NCBI RefSeq assembly: GCF_001194135.2
Contig: NC_068983.1
Location: forward strand, 138,061,583-138,125,582
DNA: 64,000 nucleotides
Direction: 5' to 3'
Origin: Octopus bimaculoides
Taxonomy: Eukaryota
Shown here in pieces: positions 51,647 through 64,000 of the stretch (positions within the stretch are counted from its first letter, which is position 1; each line of letters starts with the position of its first letter). Below the pieces are notes generated by a model. The model worked only from the letters and a program-made list of their open reading frames with translations, searched no databases and had not been told where the DNA came from. The position numbers and the translations under genes were made by a program.

Positions 51647-54600
51647 AACCAAACAACACCACCATCAGCGCCACCAAATACAGAAACAACACCATCACCA
51701 TCACCAACAACAGCACAAAAATCCAACCAAGAAGAGGAAAAGGAAAAAATAACCCCCCCATCCCCATCAACTCATACACCACATCCCAACAACCACCAAC
51801 AACCACCAATAATAGCAACATCAACAACACACTCACAAATTGATCCCAATACTCTTCCCCTCCCTTCTTTTGATTCCCTTCGTCGGAAAAAGGTGATACA
51901 GAAGAATGGCAAATGGCAACAGGGGGCGGGGGGAGAAGAGAAAGGGGAAAGAAAAGAAAAGACACGCAATCAATCAAATCAAGGAGAGTCAATACTCCCG
52001 AAAACACAACTTCCGCACAACACACACATTACCACCAGCAATACAAACACACAAATACCAAATGGCCCCACAATGTTGGCTCATACAATTCAGACCTAAT
52101 GCAATGCATTAGGTCAAAGACAATCATAACATAAGACAATGTCAAAACAAACAACCACCCACGCACAACACCACTACAACACATAAAAATCAAACACGTG
52201 ACACAAAACACGCTGAAATATAGGGAGATTTCGAAAGTACTTATCAAGAAAATTATATAAAAACCTCTTGACAGAAGATTGTGAGGTGAAGAACAACCAA
52301 CTTTCGCACAATAAGTGATTCTCTCTCTCTCTCACACACATTCTTTTCTTTTTCCTTTCGTCTGTAAAGCACAACTTTCGATAGGAACATGCTTAGCAAA
52401 GGTTGTACATATGTGCGTGGCTTGGGGGTCGCCTTGGAAACAAGGCTACCTGTTATGTGACATTGAATCACAGAATGTGTATATATCATAGCCATCAGTG
52501 AGACTCAACAGCACATGTTCGGCGTACAATTCGACATTTATTTTTTCCGTGTCTACCGAGAATGGGCGGAGGTGGTACCACAGTGCTTTTTTCGGAAGTG
52601 TGTGGACCTCAAAGTAAGAGTAATATTCCTAGTCCCGGAGGGTAGGCTGGTCGTCTTCGATGTAGATGGCAGTAATGTGTATGCATAACAGTTTATGTAC
52701 CGTCTTTTACATCATTGACAGAATAGTTAAGGAACCTGGCATGGGTGAGGCGCTAATCAATTTGGATCAATCGAAAGCTTTCGATAGGGTCGACCATCGC
52801 TACTTGGAGGCTGTCCTTACGGTCCCGTCTTCTGCGGTTGGATCGCTGCTTTATACAACGGCATCCGCTCGGTAGTTCGTGTAAATGGTCATCTATCCAG
52901 ACCATTTAACATCACGCGTTCGGTCCGTCAAGGATGCTTCCTCTCGTCGCTTCTATATGTACTGACTCTAGAGCCACTACTGCGGAAGCTGGCGACGCTG
53001 AGGGGCATCCTGCAAGAACTGGGATGCGGGAGGGGCCTATCTGCATACGCGGAAGACGTCACCGTCATAATGTCGAACCACAGGCATATCGACCCGGCCA
53101 GTGAGACACTAAAAGAATACGAAGCGGTAGCGGGAGGGAAAATTAACTCGGAAGAGTTAGTGGGCTTGCGGCTCGGCACCTGGAGAAGCAGGCCCATGCC
53201 GCCCAACAGCGTCTTCATCGTGGGATACTGGACCGACGGACAGGTTAAATTGCTCGGGGTCTGGTTCAGACCGGACCTCCAAATGGAGAAGAACTTGGAC
53301 GAGATAACGAGTAAGTTGGCTACTCTTACCCAGCAATGTGCCGAGAGGAAGCTATCCCTAAAAGGTCTGGTGGAGGTGGCGAATGCGTACATCGCGTCCG
53401 TCATCTATTACCGTCTGAACGACGTGCCTTGTCCTGACCCTAACATTACCAAATCGGAGCGCATGGTCTTCCACTTGTGTGGAAGGGAAGCGTTCCGATG
53501 GTTAGGCGATCCATTTGCTGTCAACATCTGCTAAATGGAGGGCTGGGCATGCCGTGGTTGATGCGCAGACATGCACTGAGACTGCGATATCTCTGGCGCT
53601 TCATAGACGATGGTGAACAGGTATGGTCGTCGTTTGTGAGACGCGCTTTCCTGCAGCTCGTCTCTTTGGCTGTTCTGCAGTCATGGATCAAACAGAGACC
53701 GAAGCTAGGCGAATGTCACTGCGAGTGCCACCTTTCTCTCGAGCAACTCTGCCTTTCGGGACCAAACTTGTGTGACTTTAATTCCACGAAGGCGTTCTAT
53801 AGAGGATTATTTTAGGTGGAGGTGCGACGACGTTCTTATGGGACAATCTGGGCGTCTACGGGGAACACCTGACCCGCCTCTTCAGGAGAACTTTCGGGCC
53901 TATGGACAATCACCAGAGATCCCTGGCCTGGCAGTGCTATCGGGAAGGATTGCTCGTTCGGGATAAGCTCTACAGGCACGGTTCGAGATACACCGGACCG
54001 AGTTGCCTGAGAGGCGGTCAGAGCGACGAAACCATTCTGCACGTACTCGTGCAGTGTCCAACCATTTCGGACCTGTGAGTTTATGTCGCGCGTAGGACGA
54101 CTTCGGTTATCGGCCGAGTTTATCGTGAATATTGGCCCGCCATCTTCCTTTAACCAGGAAGGCAAAGCAGTTTTCATTGTACTGGTGGCTATGGTGAAAG
54201 AATGTGTGTGGTGGACTCGTGCAAAAGGTTTAGAGACAAACACTTTCCTCTATGGCCAATCGCTTATCCACGTTTTCGAGTACCACTTGAAAAGGAAGGT
54301 CAGAATAGAGAGGTGAGAATAGAGAAGTTTTGTCTCATAAAATTTTCAATAAAAGGTGGGTGAATATAGCAAAGATGGTACGCGTGAATGACGAAACCAC
54401 TTTAAGCATGATCCTGTAAATCCCAAAGAGACAGCGCTTTGCTCTCGTGTTTCTTTCCCCGCTTGAGGTTACCGTGGTCTTTTCTGTAGGCTTTTCTTTT
54501 ACATTTTCATCCCGTCTTATTTTGCTGTTTACACGTCCGAAACGCTTTCGATCCCTCTTGATCCTTTCTTTCTTTCTTTCTTTCTTTCTTTCGAAAAGTT

Positions 54601-54670
54601 CTACGTTGTATTGTCCCCTCTGTATTCGGCCCTGCGTGGCAAATAAAGATATCTATCTATCTATCTATCT
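51647..54670 (+). mobile_element. Tx1/L1-clade LINE, 5'-truncated and internally deleted
   Basis: Low-complexity putative ORF1 tail (inferred), ORF2 remnant, pyrimidine-rich 3' UTR, AATAAA at 54642 and (ATCT)n tail. Confidence 0.85.
52389..54419 (+). pseudogene. LINE ORF2 (APE endonuclease N-terminus, RT, CCHC) pseudogene
   Basis: MLSKGCTYVRGL..IIAISET (APE); LDQSKAFDRVDH (52762), VRQG, LLYVLTLEPLL, AYAEDV (YADD to YAED, 53043), CLRGGQSDETILHVLVQCP (54004), stop at 54417-54419; multiple frameshifts. Confidence 0.9.
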
Positions 54671-54858
54671 TTTTTTCTCGATCTCTTTTGATCGAACTAC
54701 CCCCTTTTTTTCCTTTCCTACGATCCCTTTTGATCGACACCCCATTTTTTATCTCCTTCCCCCTCCCCAAAAGAAAAGCTTTATATTGTATTTGTCCCCT
54801 CTGTGTAAAGCCCTGTGTGGCTAATAAAAGAAATCTATCTATCTATCTATCTATCTAT
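54671..54858 (+). mobile_element. Short Tx1-type 3' tail module B with (ATCT)n on both sides
   Basis: Near copy of module A; ends gccctgtgtggctaataaaagaaatctatctatc. Confidence 0.82.
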
Positions 54859-55373
54859 GCACATGCATAGGCATTGACACACATGTACGGTATATATATA
54901 TATATATATTACGATAGATCCTGTCAAAAATGAGAGAAATGGGATTTATGCCGTCCAGGCTTTTCCAAGTGTGTTGGGCAACAGATTCACAGTGACACAA
55001 TACCATTCACTACATATGTATGCATATATACATAGGCATAGCCGAAACATTAAGAAATTAGCTTCGAATTATGAGATTTTGGCTTCGATACTGCTGTATT
55101 GAACACACGTATTTTATCAAAGCTTCAGGTCGATAATTCCCATGTAAGTGAATTGTTTAGTGTGCATTATTATGTCAGATATGTGTTTGTGCACAAGACG
55201 AAGGTAAATGGATCTACATCCAGTCAGTTGTAACCAGACGACAGGTGAACCGAGAGTTATACTGACATTTGTTGACGTGATAAACACTCAAACATAAAAC
55301 CAGCATTGATATAGAACAAATGCACACACACACACACACACATAAATTTATATGTTATATATATAATATATAA

Positions 55374-55595
55374 TCCTTTCTACTCTAGGTACAAGGCCTG
55401 AAATTTTGGGGAGGGGACTAGTCAATTACATGGACTCCAGTGAAATACTGGTACTTAATTTATAGACCCTGGAAGAATGAAACGCAAAGTCGACCTCGGC
55501 AGAATTTGAACTCAGAACGTAACGATAGACGAAATACCGCTAAGCGGTTGACGATAAACGAAATACCGCTAACGACTCTGCCACCTCACCGCCTT
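55374..55595 (-). mobile_element. tRNA-derived SINE family A with internal duplication
   Basis: Family A body; gata.acgaaataccgctaa duplicated at about 55524 and 55552; tail variant ggccttgtacctagagtagaaagg. Confidence 0.85.
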
Positions 55596-56411
55596 TACAT
55601 ATAATATGTAATATGAAATGTATAGCTATTATTTAATGTAATATAATATAAAATATATATCTAATATATAAAATATAAAAATACTGTACGTATTTATTGA
55701 CAAAAGAGGTGACCTTTAACAGAACACCTTACATGCTGGAAAGGGCAGTTAAAGCCCAAACTACGAGTAAGGCAATTTCAAAGAAAGAAAAATAAAAAAA
55801 ATATTTCTATAGTTACCCCCAGACTCAACTTTCTGCATTAATGTGTAAATAAATTAATTGGTCATCCGTAAGGGCAGTAAGATTAATGCACATTCATGCA
55901 GCTCGGAGAATACACGTACTTCACACTTATACATTATAACTGTTCAAATCCACCGCCCAAGCGCAGTTACATTCGGCAGCAAATAATAATAAACAATTAA
56001 AACTGCGTAACAAAAGGGTTTCGAAACTACGAAACTTTTACTTCTAAAATAATATATTATTTTCGCAGTAACATATAAAATATGTAAGCAAACACACACA
56101 TACACACACACGCACTCACGCACACAGACACGCAAACACACATGCACGCACAAACACAAACACAAGCATTTACACACACACCCAGGCACCCACGTATACT
56201 GTCTATATTTTGCTTAATTTGGTTCATGTCTTCTTCAATGGCTCTCGTGAGGAGCAGGTTTAGGTGAACAAATGTGAAGAGGCTGTTGATATCTATTTGC
56301 GGTTTCTTGTTCTTCATTTCAATTGTGCTTATTTATTGCGACTCACTTCAAAATGCTTGAACGCGTTGAGTATATTTTTCTCTGTGATGACCTCTCAAAT
56401 TCATATGTATG

Positions 56412-56417
56412 TATATA

Positions 56418-56488
<71 letters not shown>
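56412..56488. repeat. (TG)n microsatellite
   Basis: Seen directly. Confidence 0.96.
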
Positions 56489-56491
<3 letters not shown>

Positions 56492-56842
56492 GTGTTGCTT
56501 TATGTGTTTGTGCTTGTATACGTTGGTTTCTGTGCGTGAGTGTATGCACATACGCGGATATGTACACATTCAAATATGTATATATTCTTTAACCAGTTTC
56601 AGTCATTGGACATGCCCAGGAACTGTCATCAACTATTCTGTTCATGATGTAGACTGCAGTCCTTAATAAGGCATACATTTTCTTGGTTTCTATCTCTTGA
56701 TAGACATATGACGGGACAATACGTAACACCAGTTTTCAGACACAGTTACACACAACTCTATTGAGTATTTCTGTGCATTTGCCTGTTGTTCATTATTAAA
56801 AAAGAAAAAACATCTTAATTTTATTCAAGGTATTGTTCGCTC

Positions 56843-56917
56843 GAAGATGTCTCCCGCAGTAGGATCGAATCCAGGACCTCTTGATTACGAAGCAAACGTC
56901 TTAACCACGTGACCACA
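56843..56917 (-). mobile_element. tRNA-like SINE head fragment
   Basis: Minus strand tgtggtcacgtggttaagacg..cctggattcgatcctactgcggga: A-box and B-box present, no clean acceptor stem. Confidence 0.65.
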
Positions 56918-58136
56918 AACACGTTCATACACATATGCAAGACATACACATACTCACACACGCACACACACCACACACACACACAGCAACATACACAGAA
57001 ACACACACATACACACACATATACACACACTGAATGTTATTTGGTGAATAAGTTGTGAAATACAACAAGAGAGGGGAAATGAAGTTCGCGTGGCGAAATT
57101 TGTAGTGTTATTGTTTGTTGTTTAGCCCCGGACTCTGATTAAGCTGACCAATGACAACATACTTTCCAACCTTCACCAACGCGTCCTCTTAGGCATTATC
57201 CAAAGTATTCTGCCTCATTTTGGAATGTGATGTTTAATTTTGTGCTTAAATCTATTTAGAACCCATTTCCATATAACTTCCCTTCGTAATTAGATAAAGG
57301 TATTGGATTAGAATTAATCAAGTATACACTGTACTTGAAAAGACGTTGAATTGCAACCGACAGTAGTGGCTTCCAGTGTCATATCAGTTAATTAGGCAGC
57401 TATAACTAAGTAGCGTGGACCAGTGAGAATTAAATGTCCTAGTCATTAACAAAAGGCTGCAGTGCAAAGAATGATAAACTTCTCAATTCGTTAAGGAGGA
57501 AATAAAAACAAAATACTTATAACTCATCTTAAAGGCAAAGCAATCACATGAAGGAAAACTAAAAACTCGAAATAAAATGAAAGAAGCCATTTGAAAACAT
57601 TCAAAGAGATAATTTCAAAATCTATTTCACGAAGATTATTTTAAAGACATTTAAATCAATCAATTTATATTAATAAAAAATATAAAAAGAAACATAGTGA
57701 ATATGTAAATGGAGTTAAATCGGAAGAATATTTCTGGTCTAAATTCATCTTAATTCAAATAATTTAATTGCTTTTTCATTGTAACAGAAAGATAATTAAT
57801 AATCATTTTTTTATGTTGCTTTCTTTAAGAAACATTTTGTCATCCATCCATTCATCTATCCTTCATTCTATACATACACTCTGTTTAGCCATTCATCTAA
57901 CTGATACTGATTAAAGGCAAAGCTGATTAATTAAGATGCAACAATTATTCGGCTAATACAAATTCACAATTAATTGTTAAAGAGATGCAAAAAAAAAAAA
58001 AAATTCCAGTGTGAAAGGAAATATGAAGGTGGGTTTTGTTAGATTGATAGATAAACAAATGGTTATATGGAAAGATACCTAAACAGAAGAATAGCTCAAG
58101 TCAAAGCATGACATGTGTGTATGTATGGATATATAT

Positions 58137-58183
<47 letters not shown>

Positions 58184-58192
<9 letters not shown>

Positions 58193-58290
58193 ATTTTACG
58201 TTTTTAATATATAATATATAATTTTACGTTTTTAATATATATATATAATTTTACGTTTTTAATATATATATATAATTTTACGTTTTTACA
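58184..58290. repeat. Four copies of a 27-29 bp AT-rich unit (ataattttacgttttta plus TA)
   Basis: Cores at about 58191, 58219, 58246 and 58275. Confidence 0.92.
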
Positions 58291-58359
58291 TACATACACA
58301 CAATCACACACGCGTACACACACAATCACACATCTGTAATTAGGAATTATACATAATAA

Positions 58360-58990
58360 ATGTTTTGACGGAAAGAAAAACAACTTGACAATACCATCGG
58401 TGTTTCTTTCAATAAGTAGAAGTTGCTTGGCCATTCAAAATGTTGAAGGAGCATTGTTATACCATTTCTTGAAACTCTGTCAAAAGCTCTTTCCATGTCG
58501 TAGAATGTAATGGAGTGTAGTTTCCGTTGTTTGCCGCTTGTGTCTTACAGTTGTGCGGATAAACGTGTCGATTGTGTTGCAAAGGGCACAAAAGACGTAT
58601 TGTGATTCGGAAAGAAATTGCTTTCACGAAGGTCTGGAGATGGTTTAGAAGAATTCTTAGAGATATTTCCCCTGCGATAAGGAACAATGTTATTCCACAA
58701 TAATTCCCTCAAAATTTTCGATCTTTCTTGAAGATGGTGATAATAACAACGTATATAAATTAGTTTGGGACTCGATGGCATTCTCCCATCTTCATTGTCA
58801 GATTGAAAAGCTTGATTTTTGAGAAGTTTTATTCCATGTTTCTGTAATCCAAAAGAGGGTGTTGTCAGAGCTTGGGAATTTTCATGATTGCATTGTTGAT
58901 AAACTCTTCGGAAAGCAGTTACATTGTCATACAAGGTTGTTCAAAGTGATGTGATGCATTTCTTGAGATGCCTTCTGTTGTTATTGAATC
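58360..58990 (-). mobile_element. Decayed RTE-clade LINE RT fragment
   Basis: GITLFLIAGEISLRILLNHL, ESQYVF, FYDMERAFDRVSR in shifting frames; compare RTE GISLLSIAGKILARVLLNRL..ESQCGF..DLEKAFDRV. Confidence 0.7.
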
Positions 58991-59071
58991 CCGATCCAGC
59001 AGCGAGGAAAATGTAAGCCATTCAGGCTGTGGGTGTTCTCTGCAGCTAGAAGGTTGATAATTTTATTGGCC

Positions 59072-59113
<42 letters not shown>

Positions 59114-59142
59114 GTACACACACTAAATGTCAAACGATGAAA

Positions 59143-59214
59143 ATGAGTGCTCAACACTGCATAGGTGGATAGAATTTCTCTATTTGTGAATTAAGGCTAC
59201 CATTGGTTTCATGT
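59143..59214. repeat. Interspersed repeat fragment (family E)
   Basis: Matches 45650-45730. Confidence 0.65.
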
Positions 59215-60076
59215 TAAAGAAAGTAGGAAAATATTTTACTGTCTCCTGTTTGCTCTTGACAATAAACCACTTACTCAGTTTAACTATAGAATTCTGACCT
59301 CATACATATATACCGAATTGAATGAACTTAGATTATTATGTAACAGCCTTTTTTAAATACACACCACGGAATTAAACTTATTTTTGACTGATGAGCCCTA
59401 AACTTTCACACAAAAGTTTACATACAGGCTGTAGTGAATCCAAAACAATAACATGATAGCTATTTGTCTTCGTTAATTTTAACTCACTTGGTACTAGCCG
59501 CCTACCTGTATTTAATAGTTTTCCTAATTGCCTTACGACAGTATCATAACTATAGACAAATCCAAGTATCTCAAATATGCAACATAGATTTGTGATTTCT
59601 TAAAATTGTCCCCCCCCCCACCTAGGAGACGTGCCATAATGACCATTTAAATCAACTCCGCTGGAGAATGGCTGTTAATCTTAAGACTCAATAATTCTCA
59701 GAATTTGAGATGTCATTGAGAAGAAGGACAAGCTCAGATTATCTCCCCTGTACCTAAAGGTAGACAAGAAAGAAAATGGTTGGATAATATCCATTGTCTC
59801 AATAGATCACGCTTGAAAATCCAGCCGAAAATATCTAACGATTGCTTCTGATAGGTACTTTAGAAGACGGTGCCTCAAGGCTCTACCCCAGTAACCCCTC
59901 GAAGAATTGTGTGCGAAGAAGACTGATGGAAGAATTTATGTTGTTTGGTATTTGATATATCTGTGTTTGTTTATGGTATTCAAATACATGTCAAAGGCCA
60001 CTTTGAGTTACTTCCCTTGCCTCATTTTTGTATATATTATAAACGTTTCCTTTTCTACGATCACCCTCTATGCGTC

Positions 60077-60297
60077 TACGAGGAGATGCTGAAAAGTTTC
60101 TGGCTTTGGGAAAAGAAAAATAATGGAGGATCAGTTAATTATGATTTTATTCAACATATTCCCTTCTCAGATGCACACACGTATTGCAGCAGTCCTTCAG
60201 CTTTTCTAAGACCTGTAAAAGAACTTGGAAGTTTGGGTCTCTAACCAAGCCTTTTGTGACACCCTTAAAACCAAAACCTTTTCAGCACCCTATCGTG
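60077..60297 (-). mobile_element. Mariner-derived MITE, about 220 bp
   Basis: Imperfect TIRs acgaggagatgctgaaaagtttctggcttt / aaaaccaaaaccttttcagcaccctatcgt; interior minus frame LEKLKDCCNTCVHLRREYVE* resembles a mariner transposase C-terminus. Confidence 0.8.
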
Positions 60298-61865
60298 TCT
60301 CCTTCTACTTTTTCTTATTTCTCGACTCCTCATTCTACTACTAAGAGTAGCAGAATGAGAAGGCTTTTGATTTCCGCCCACCCAATCAAAATATGCATGA
60401 AGAAATTCCTCTATGTAACGCTTTCATTACTACCTATACGATGAAACAAATATATATAAAGGTCTTACAAAAGGAAGCTAAGACCATTAATCTGAATAAA
60501 ATATTGAATTGTCAATCATTTTATTCTAAAAGGTATATACATATATATATACATACTTACATACGCACATACATGTACTTGCATGCATACATACACACAT
60601 ACATGAATACATAGATACACACAGGCACACACACACATATGCATGTGTGTGTGTATAATACATGTATGTATATGTACATGTCTGTGTGTATATGTACATG
60701 TTTGTATGTATATGTACATGTTTGCATGTATATATGTACATATACCTAAGAACATACACACCTACATACATACACACAGATAGACAGACAGACAAATGGA
60801 CAGGCACACATATACATAAACACACACATCTATATACTTTTGCTCATATAACTAGGTGTGTATGAGTGTGCACGTATCTAGAGGAAAACGTGTTAGATAT
60901 TTTATTTAGATATAATGACAACTCAACGGAAGTGAGCAAATTAATACGTAAAAGCACAGCAATGGAAATACATCGTTTATGAAACACAAAATACTTTGTT
61001 ACCGATTAATAATTGTAACACTATTTCTTGTCGATCTAATTCTATTAACAAAACTCAAATAATGGTTAGTATAAACATCGACAAAGACAATAAAATAACA
61101 GAGCGAAATTAAAGTGTGAAATAAAGTAAAATCGTTATTTAGTATTATAACATCATACAAACACATGCATGCAGACACACATACGCGCACAGACACAAGT
61201 ATACACACATATAAAAATGTATCCGCACCAATTTCCCGTGATATCGCATCATCATTATTGGACAAAGCACTGGGATACCTTTATATAATTTTATATTTAG
61301 GCTTCCATAGAAGAAATTGCTAAAAGACTTAATAAAAATATAAAGTAAATGAAAGCAATCCTTAGCGCTCACTGAAATAAAGTTTTTGTTTTTGGTTTTA
61401 TGCATACAGTTAGAATTAGAAAGGAATTTATCTTGCACAATTACGATATCCATAAAAGCATATGTATCTACGTACATATGTATTTGTATGCATCTTCATA
61501 TACTTGTACACATACATACATACATACATACATACATACATACATACATACATACATACATAATACCTACATACATACATACACATGCATGCATATATGT
61601 GTGTATTTGTACGTATATTAACGCATATTTATATATAGTTTGTGTGTAATTATGTGTGTATATATATCTAGGCAGATCACTGCAAGTGATACATATATGC
61701 ACCAACGGTTGGCCAAGCACACATACACACACACATATACGCACACACACGCGCACATACACACATATTAGAGGGGAAAGGTCAATAAAAACAATGGCAA
61801 GACAAGTATCTCAAGTCATTTAGAATATTTACTTAGAGTAAGGTGAATTTGAAGATGTCTTACAG

Positions 61866-61935
61866 CTGTTTCCGAGATATCTCAAGTGATAGGTTACCAT
61901 CTCCATACCATGGGTATTCCGTCATCAGAGACAAG
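61866..61935 (+). CDS. Candidate 70 bp exon, product unknown
   Basis: cttacag acceptor, strong aag|gtgagt donor; two frames open (CFRDISSDRLPSPYHGYSVIRDK or VSEISQVIGYHLHTMGIPSSET). Confidence 0.25.
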
Positions 61936-62305
61936 GTGAGTATGTATGAAAGTTCTATACAGGGAATTCACAGTTCATAAAGGAATAAAATTGTAGATAG
62001 AAGAATAAAGAGTAAAACAGATAGAAGAATAAAGACAGGAAAATAAAGTTCACGACTCATCATCTTCCGGAGGCTATGGAGGTTGGTCCGTACTTTCGTG
62101 AAGGTATAAGTCCTTAAGTATAACCCAGGTAAATCCAGGTAGTATTTTGACAATATTTTAAATGTTGCGTCGATGTTGAAGGAATAAATCAAGTGGTTAG
62201 CTAGTATCAAAATGGTCCATGTCGGTATATATAGTGAGGAGGGCAGACATCATGATAGACAGATAAGGGTGGTGGGTGAGTGAATGGAAGAGAGAGGAGG
62301 AAGAC

Positions 62306-62885
62306 AGGAAAGAAAGGAATAGGATAGGTGCGGGAAAGAATGAATGAGAGCGAAGGTAAGAAAGAAAGGAATAGGATAGGTGCGGGAAAGAATGAATGAG
62401 AGCGAAGGTAGGAAAGAAAGGAATAGGATAGGTGCGGGAAAGAATGAATGAGAGCGAAGGTAGGAAAGAAAAGAATAGGATAGGTGCGGGAAAGAATGAA
62501 TGAGAGCGAAGGTNNNNNNNNNNNNNNNNNNNNNNNNNNNNNNNNNNNNNNNNNNNNNNNNNNNNNNNNNNNNNNNNNNNNNNNNNNNNNNNNNNNNNNN
62601 NNNNNNNNNNNNNNNNNNNNNNNNNNNNNNNNNNNNNNNNNNNNNNNNNNNNNNNNNNNNNNNNNNNNNNNNNNNNNNNNNNNNNNNNNNNNNNNNNNNN
62701 NNNNNNNNNNNATGAATGAGAGCGAAGGTAGGAAAGAAAGGAATAGGATAGGTGCGGGAAAGAATGAATGAGAGCGAAGGTAGGAAAGAAAGGAATAGGA
62801 TAGGTGCGGGAAAGAATGAATGAGAGCGAAGGTAGGAAAGAAAGGAATAGGATAGGTGCGGGAAAGAATGAATGAGAGTGAAGGT
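62306..62885. repeat. 52 bp purine-rich minisatellite spanning a gap
   Basis: Unit gagagcgaaggtaggaaagaaaggaataggataggtgcgggaaagaatgaat; about 4 copies before and 3 after the gap, near identical. Confidence 0.95.
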
Positions 62886-63565
62886 AAAATAAAATCAGAA
62901 TAAAAAAATCAAAATAAAGATAAAGATAAGATACCACTATTATTCTTCGTTAGGGTCGGTTCGGGGTGAGAGGTCGGACATTAAGGTTTTCGAAAAGTAG
63001 AGGAGGAAGGCATTTATGACTATTAATTAAATCGATGAATTCTAGGTTCGGAGTGGTCATTTAGTTCAGTGGTCAATAAGGATAGCTAAAAATAGATGCC
63101 TAACTTAAGGGAGCATAAATAGGATTAAAAATACAATTAAATGGATAAAAGATAAAATATTAGAGAATTAAAAGTTAAAAATTACAAATTACAGACGGTT
63201 ATAGATTGAGAATTAAAAAAAAGATTATTGCAGCTAGTTAGATTCTTAGATACTTATGTTAATGAATGAAAGGGAACAAAACGAACGTATATTGTAATGA
63301 CTGTGGATGTATATAGGCAAGTGTTATATGTATTGATTTTCCTTGTATTTGGACATATGGAAAAATCTAAAGGTACGATAGAACTTGTGTTCACATGAAG
63401 AAAATGCATTGTGCTGTTTATTGAGTAATTGTGGCGCATCACGAATAAATATTTGGAGGGATTCTGTCAGGTAGAGTCCACACGTGGAGAGTGAGGCTTG
63501 GTATGGGACACCAGAATCTATTATGGCCAGAATACCCTATCTAGTGTTTTCCTATTTATCAGATA

Positions 63566-64000
63566 ACGGACGAAGCTCCGTGGTATTTCGATCGAAGGGG
63601 CGTACGTCCAGGCAAAAAGCTACGGACGAAGCTCCGAAGCTTTTCGGTCGAACGGGCGTACGTTCAGGAAAAAGCTACGGAAGAAGCTCCGTAGCTTTTC
63701 GGTCGAACGGGCGTATGTTCAGGCAAAAAGCTACGGCCGAAGCTCCGTAGATTTTCGTTCGAACGGGCGTACGTTCAGGCAAAAAGCTACGGAGGAATCT
63801 CCGTAAATTTTCGGTCGAACAGGCGTCCGTTCAAGCAAAATCTACGGACGAAGCTCCGAAGCTTTTCGGTCGAACGGGCGTACGTTCAGGAAAAAGCTAC
63901 GGAAGAAGCTCCGTAGCTTTTCGGTCGAACGGGCGTATGTTCAGGCAAAAAGCTACGGCCGAAGCTCCGTAGATTTTCGTTCGAACGGGCGTACGTTCAG
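63566..64000. repeat. GC-rich 55-56 bp quasi-palindromic satellite with 222 bp higher-order repeat
   Basis: Consensus aagctccgtagcttttcggtcgaacgggcgtacgttcaggcaaaaagctacggacg; anchors at 63645, 63700, 63756, 63812, 63867, 63922, 63978; runs off the window end. Confidence 0.95.

Noticed and set aside
56843-56917. Possible tRNA gene
   Set aside because: A and B boxes are present but there is no acceptor stem or full cloverleaf, and it continues into SINE-like sequence; called a SINE head.
63566-64000. CRISPR-like appearance of the palindromic tandem array
   Set aside because: No unique spacers (units are contiguous variants), no cas genes, eukaryotic context.

Overview
AT-rich, repeat-dominated animal genomic DNA from a draft assembly: about 6.9 kb of N in 18 gaps, most of them bounded by microsatellites. 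The SINE families and microsatellite load look like an octopod (cephalopod) genome; this is recognition by eye, not a database result. No intact host gene can be supported, only a few weak exon candidates, and most of the ORF track is microsatellite or gap artefact. The window is a transposon graveyard: a decayed Penelope-like RT (9.0-10.3 kb), mariner (28.3-29.4 kb) and Tc1 (34.3-35.4 kb) transposase pseudogenes, three R4/Dong-clade LINE pieces (41.6-43.5 kb, 47.5 kb), a Tx1/L1-clade LINE (51.6-54.7 kb), RTE fragments, three MITEs and many tRNA-derived SINEs. Most notable: (1) three type I hammerhead ribozyme motifs (33.14 kb canonical; 42.95 kb minimal, in a SINE-like element; 20.25 kb degenerate, inside a long inverted repeat); (2) three Tx1-type 3' ends stacked in one (ATCT)n tract, suggesting microsatellite-targeted insertion; (3) a tRNA-SINE at 21.3 kb whose 3' tail matches that Tx1 tail (candidate SINE-LINE partnership); (4) a GC-rich 55-56 bp quasi-palindromic satellite with a 222 bp higher-order period at the window end. 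All homology calls come from manual translation and motif recognition.
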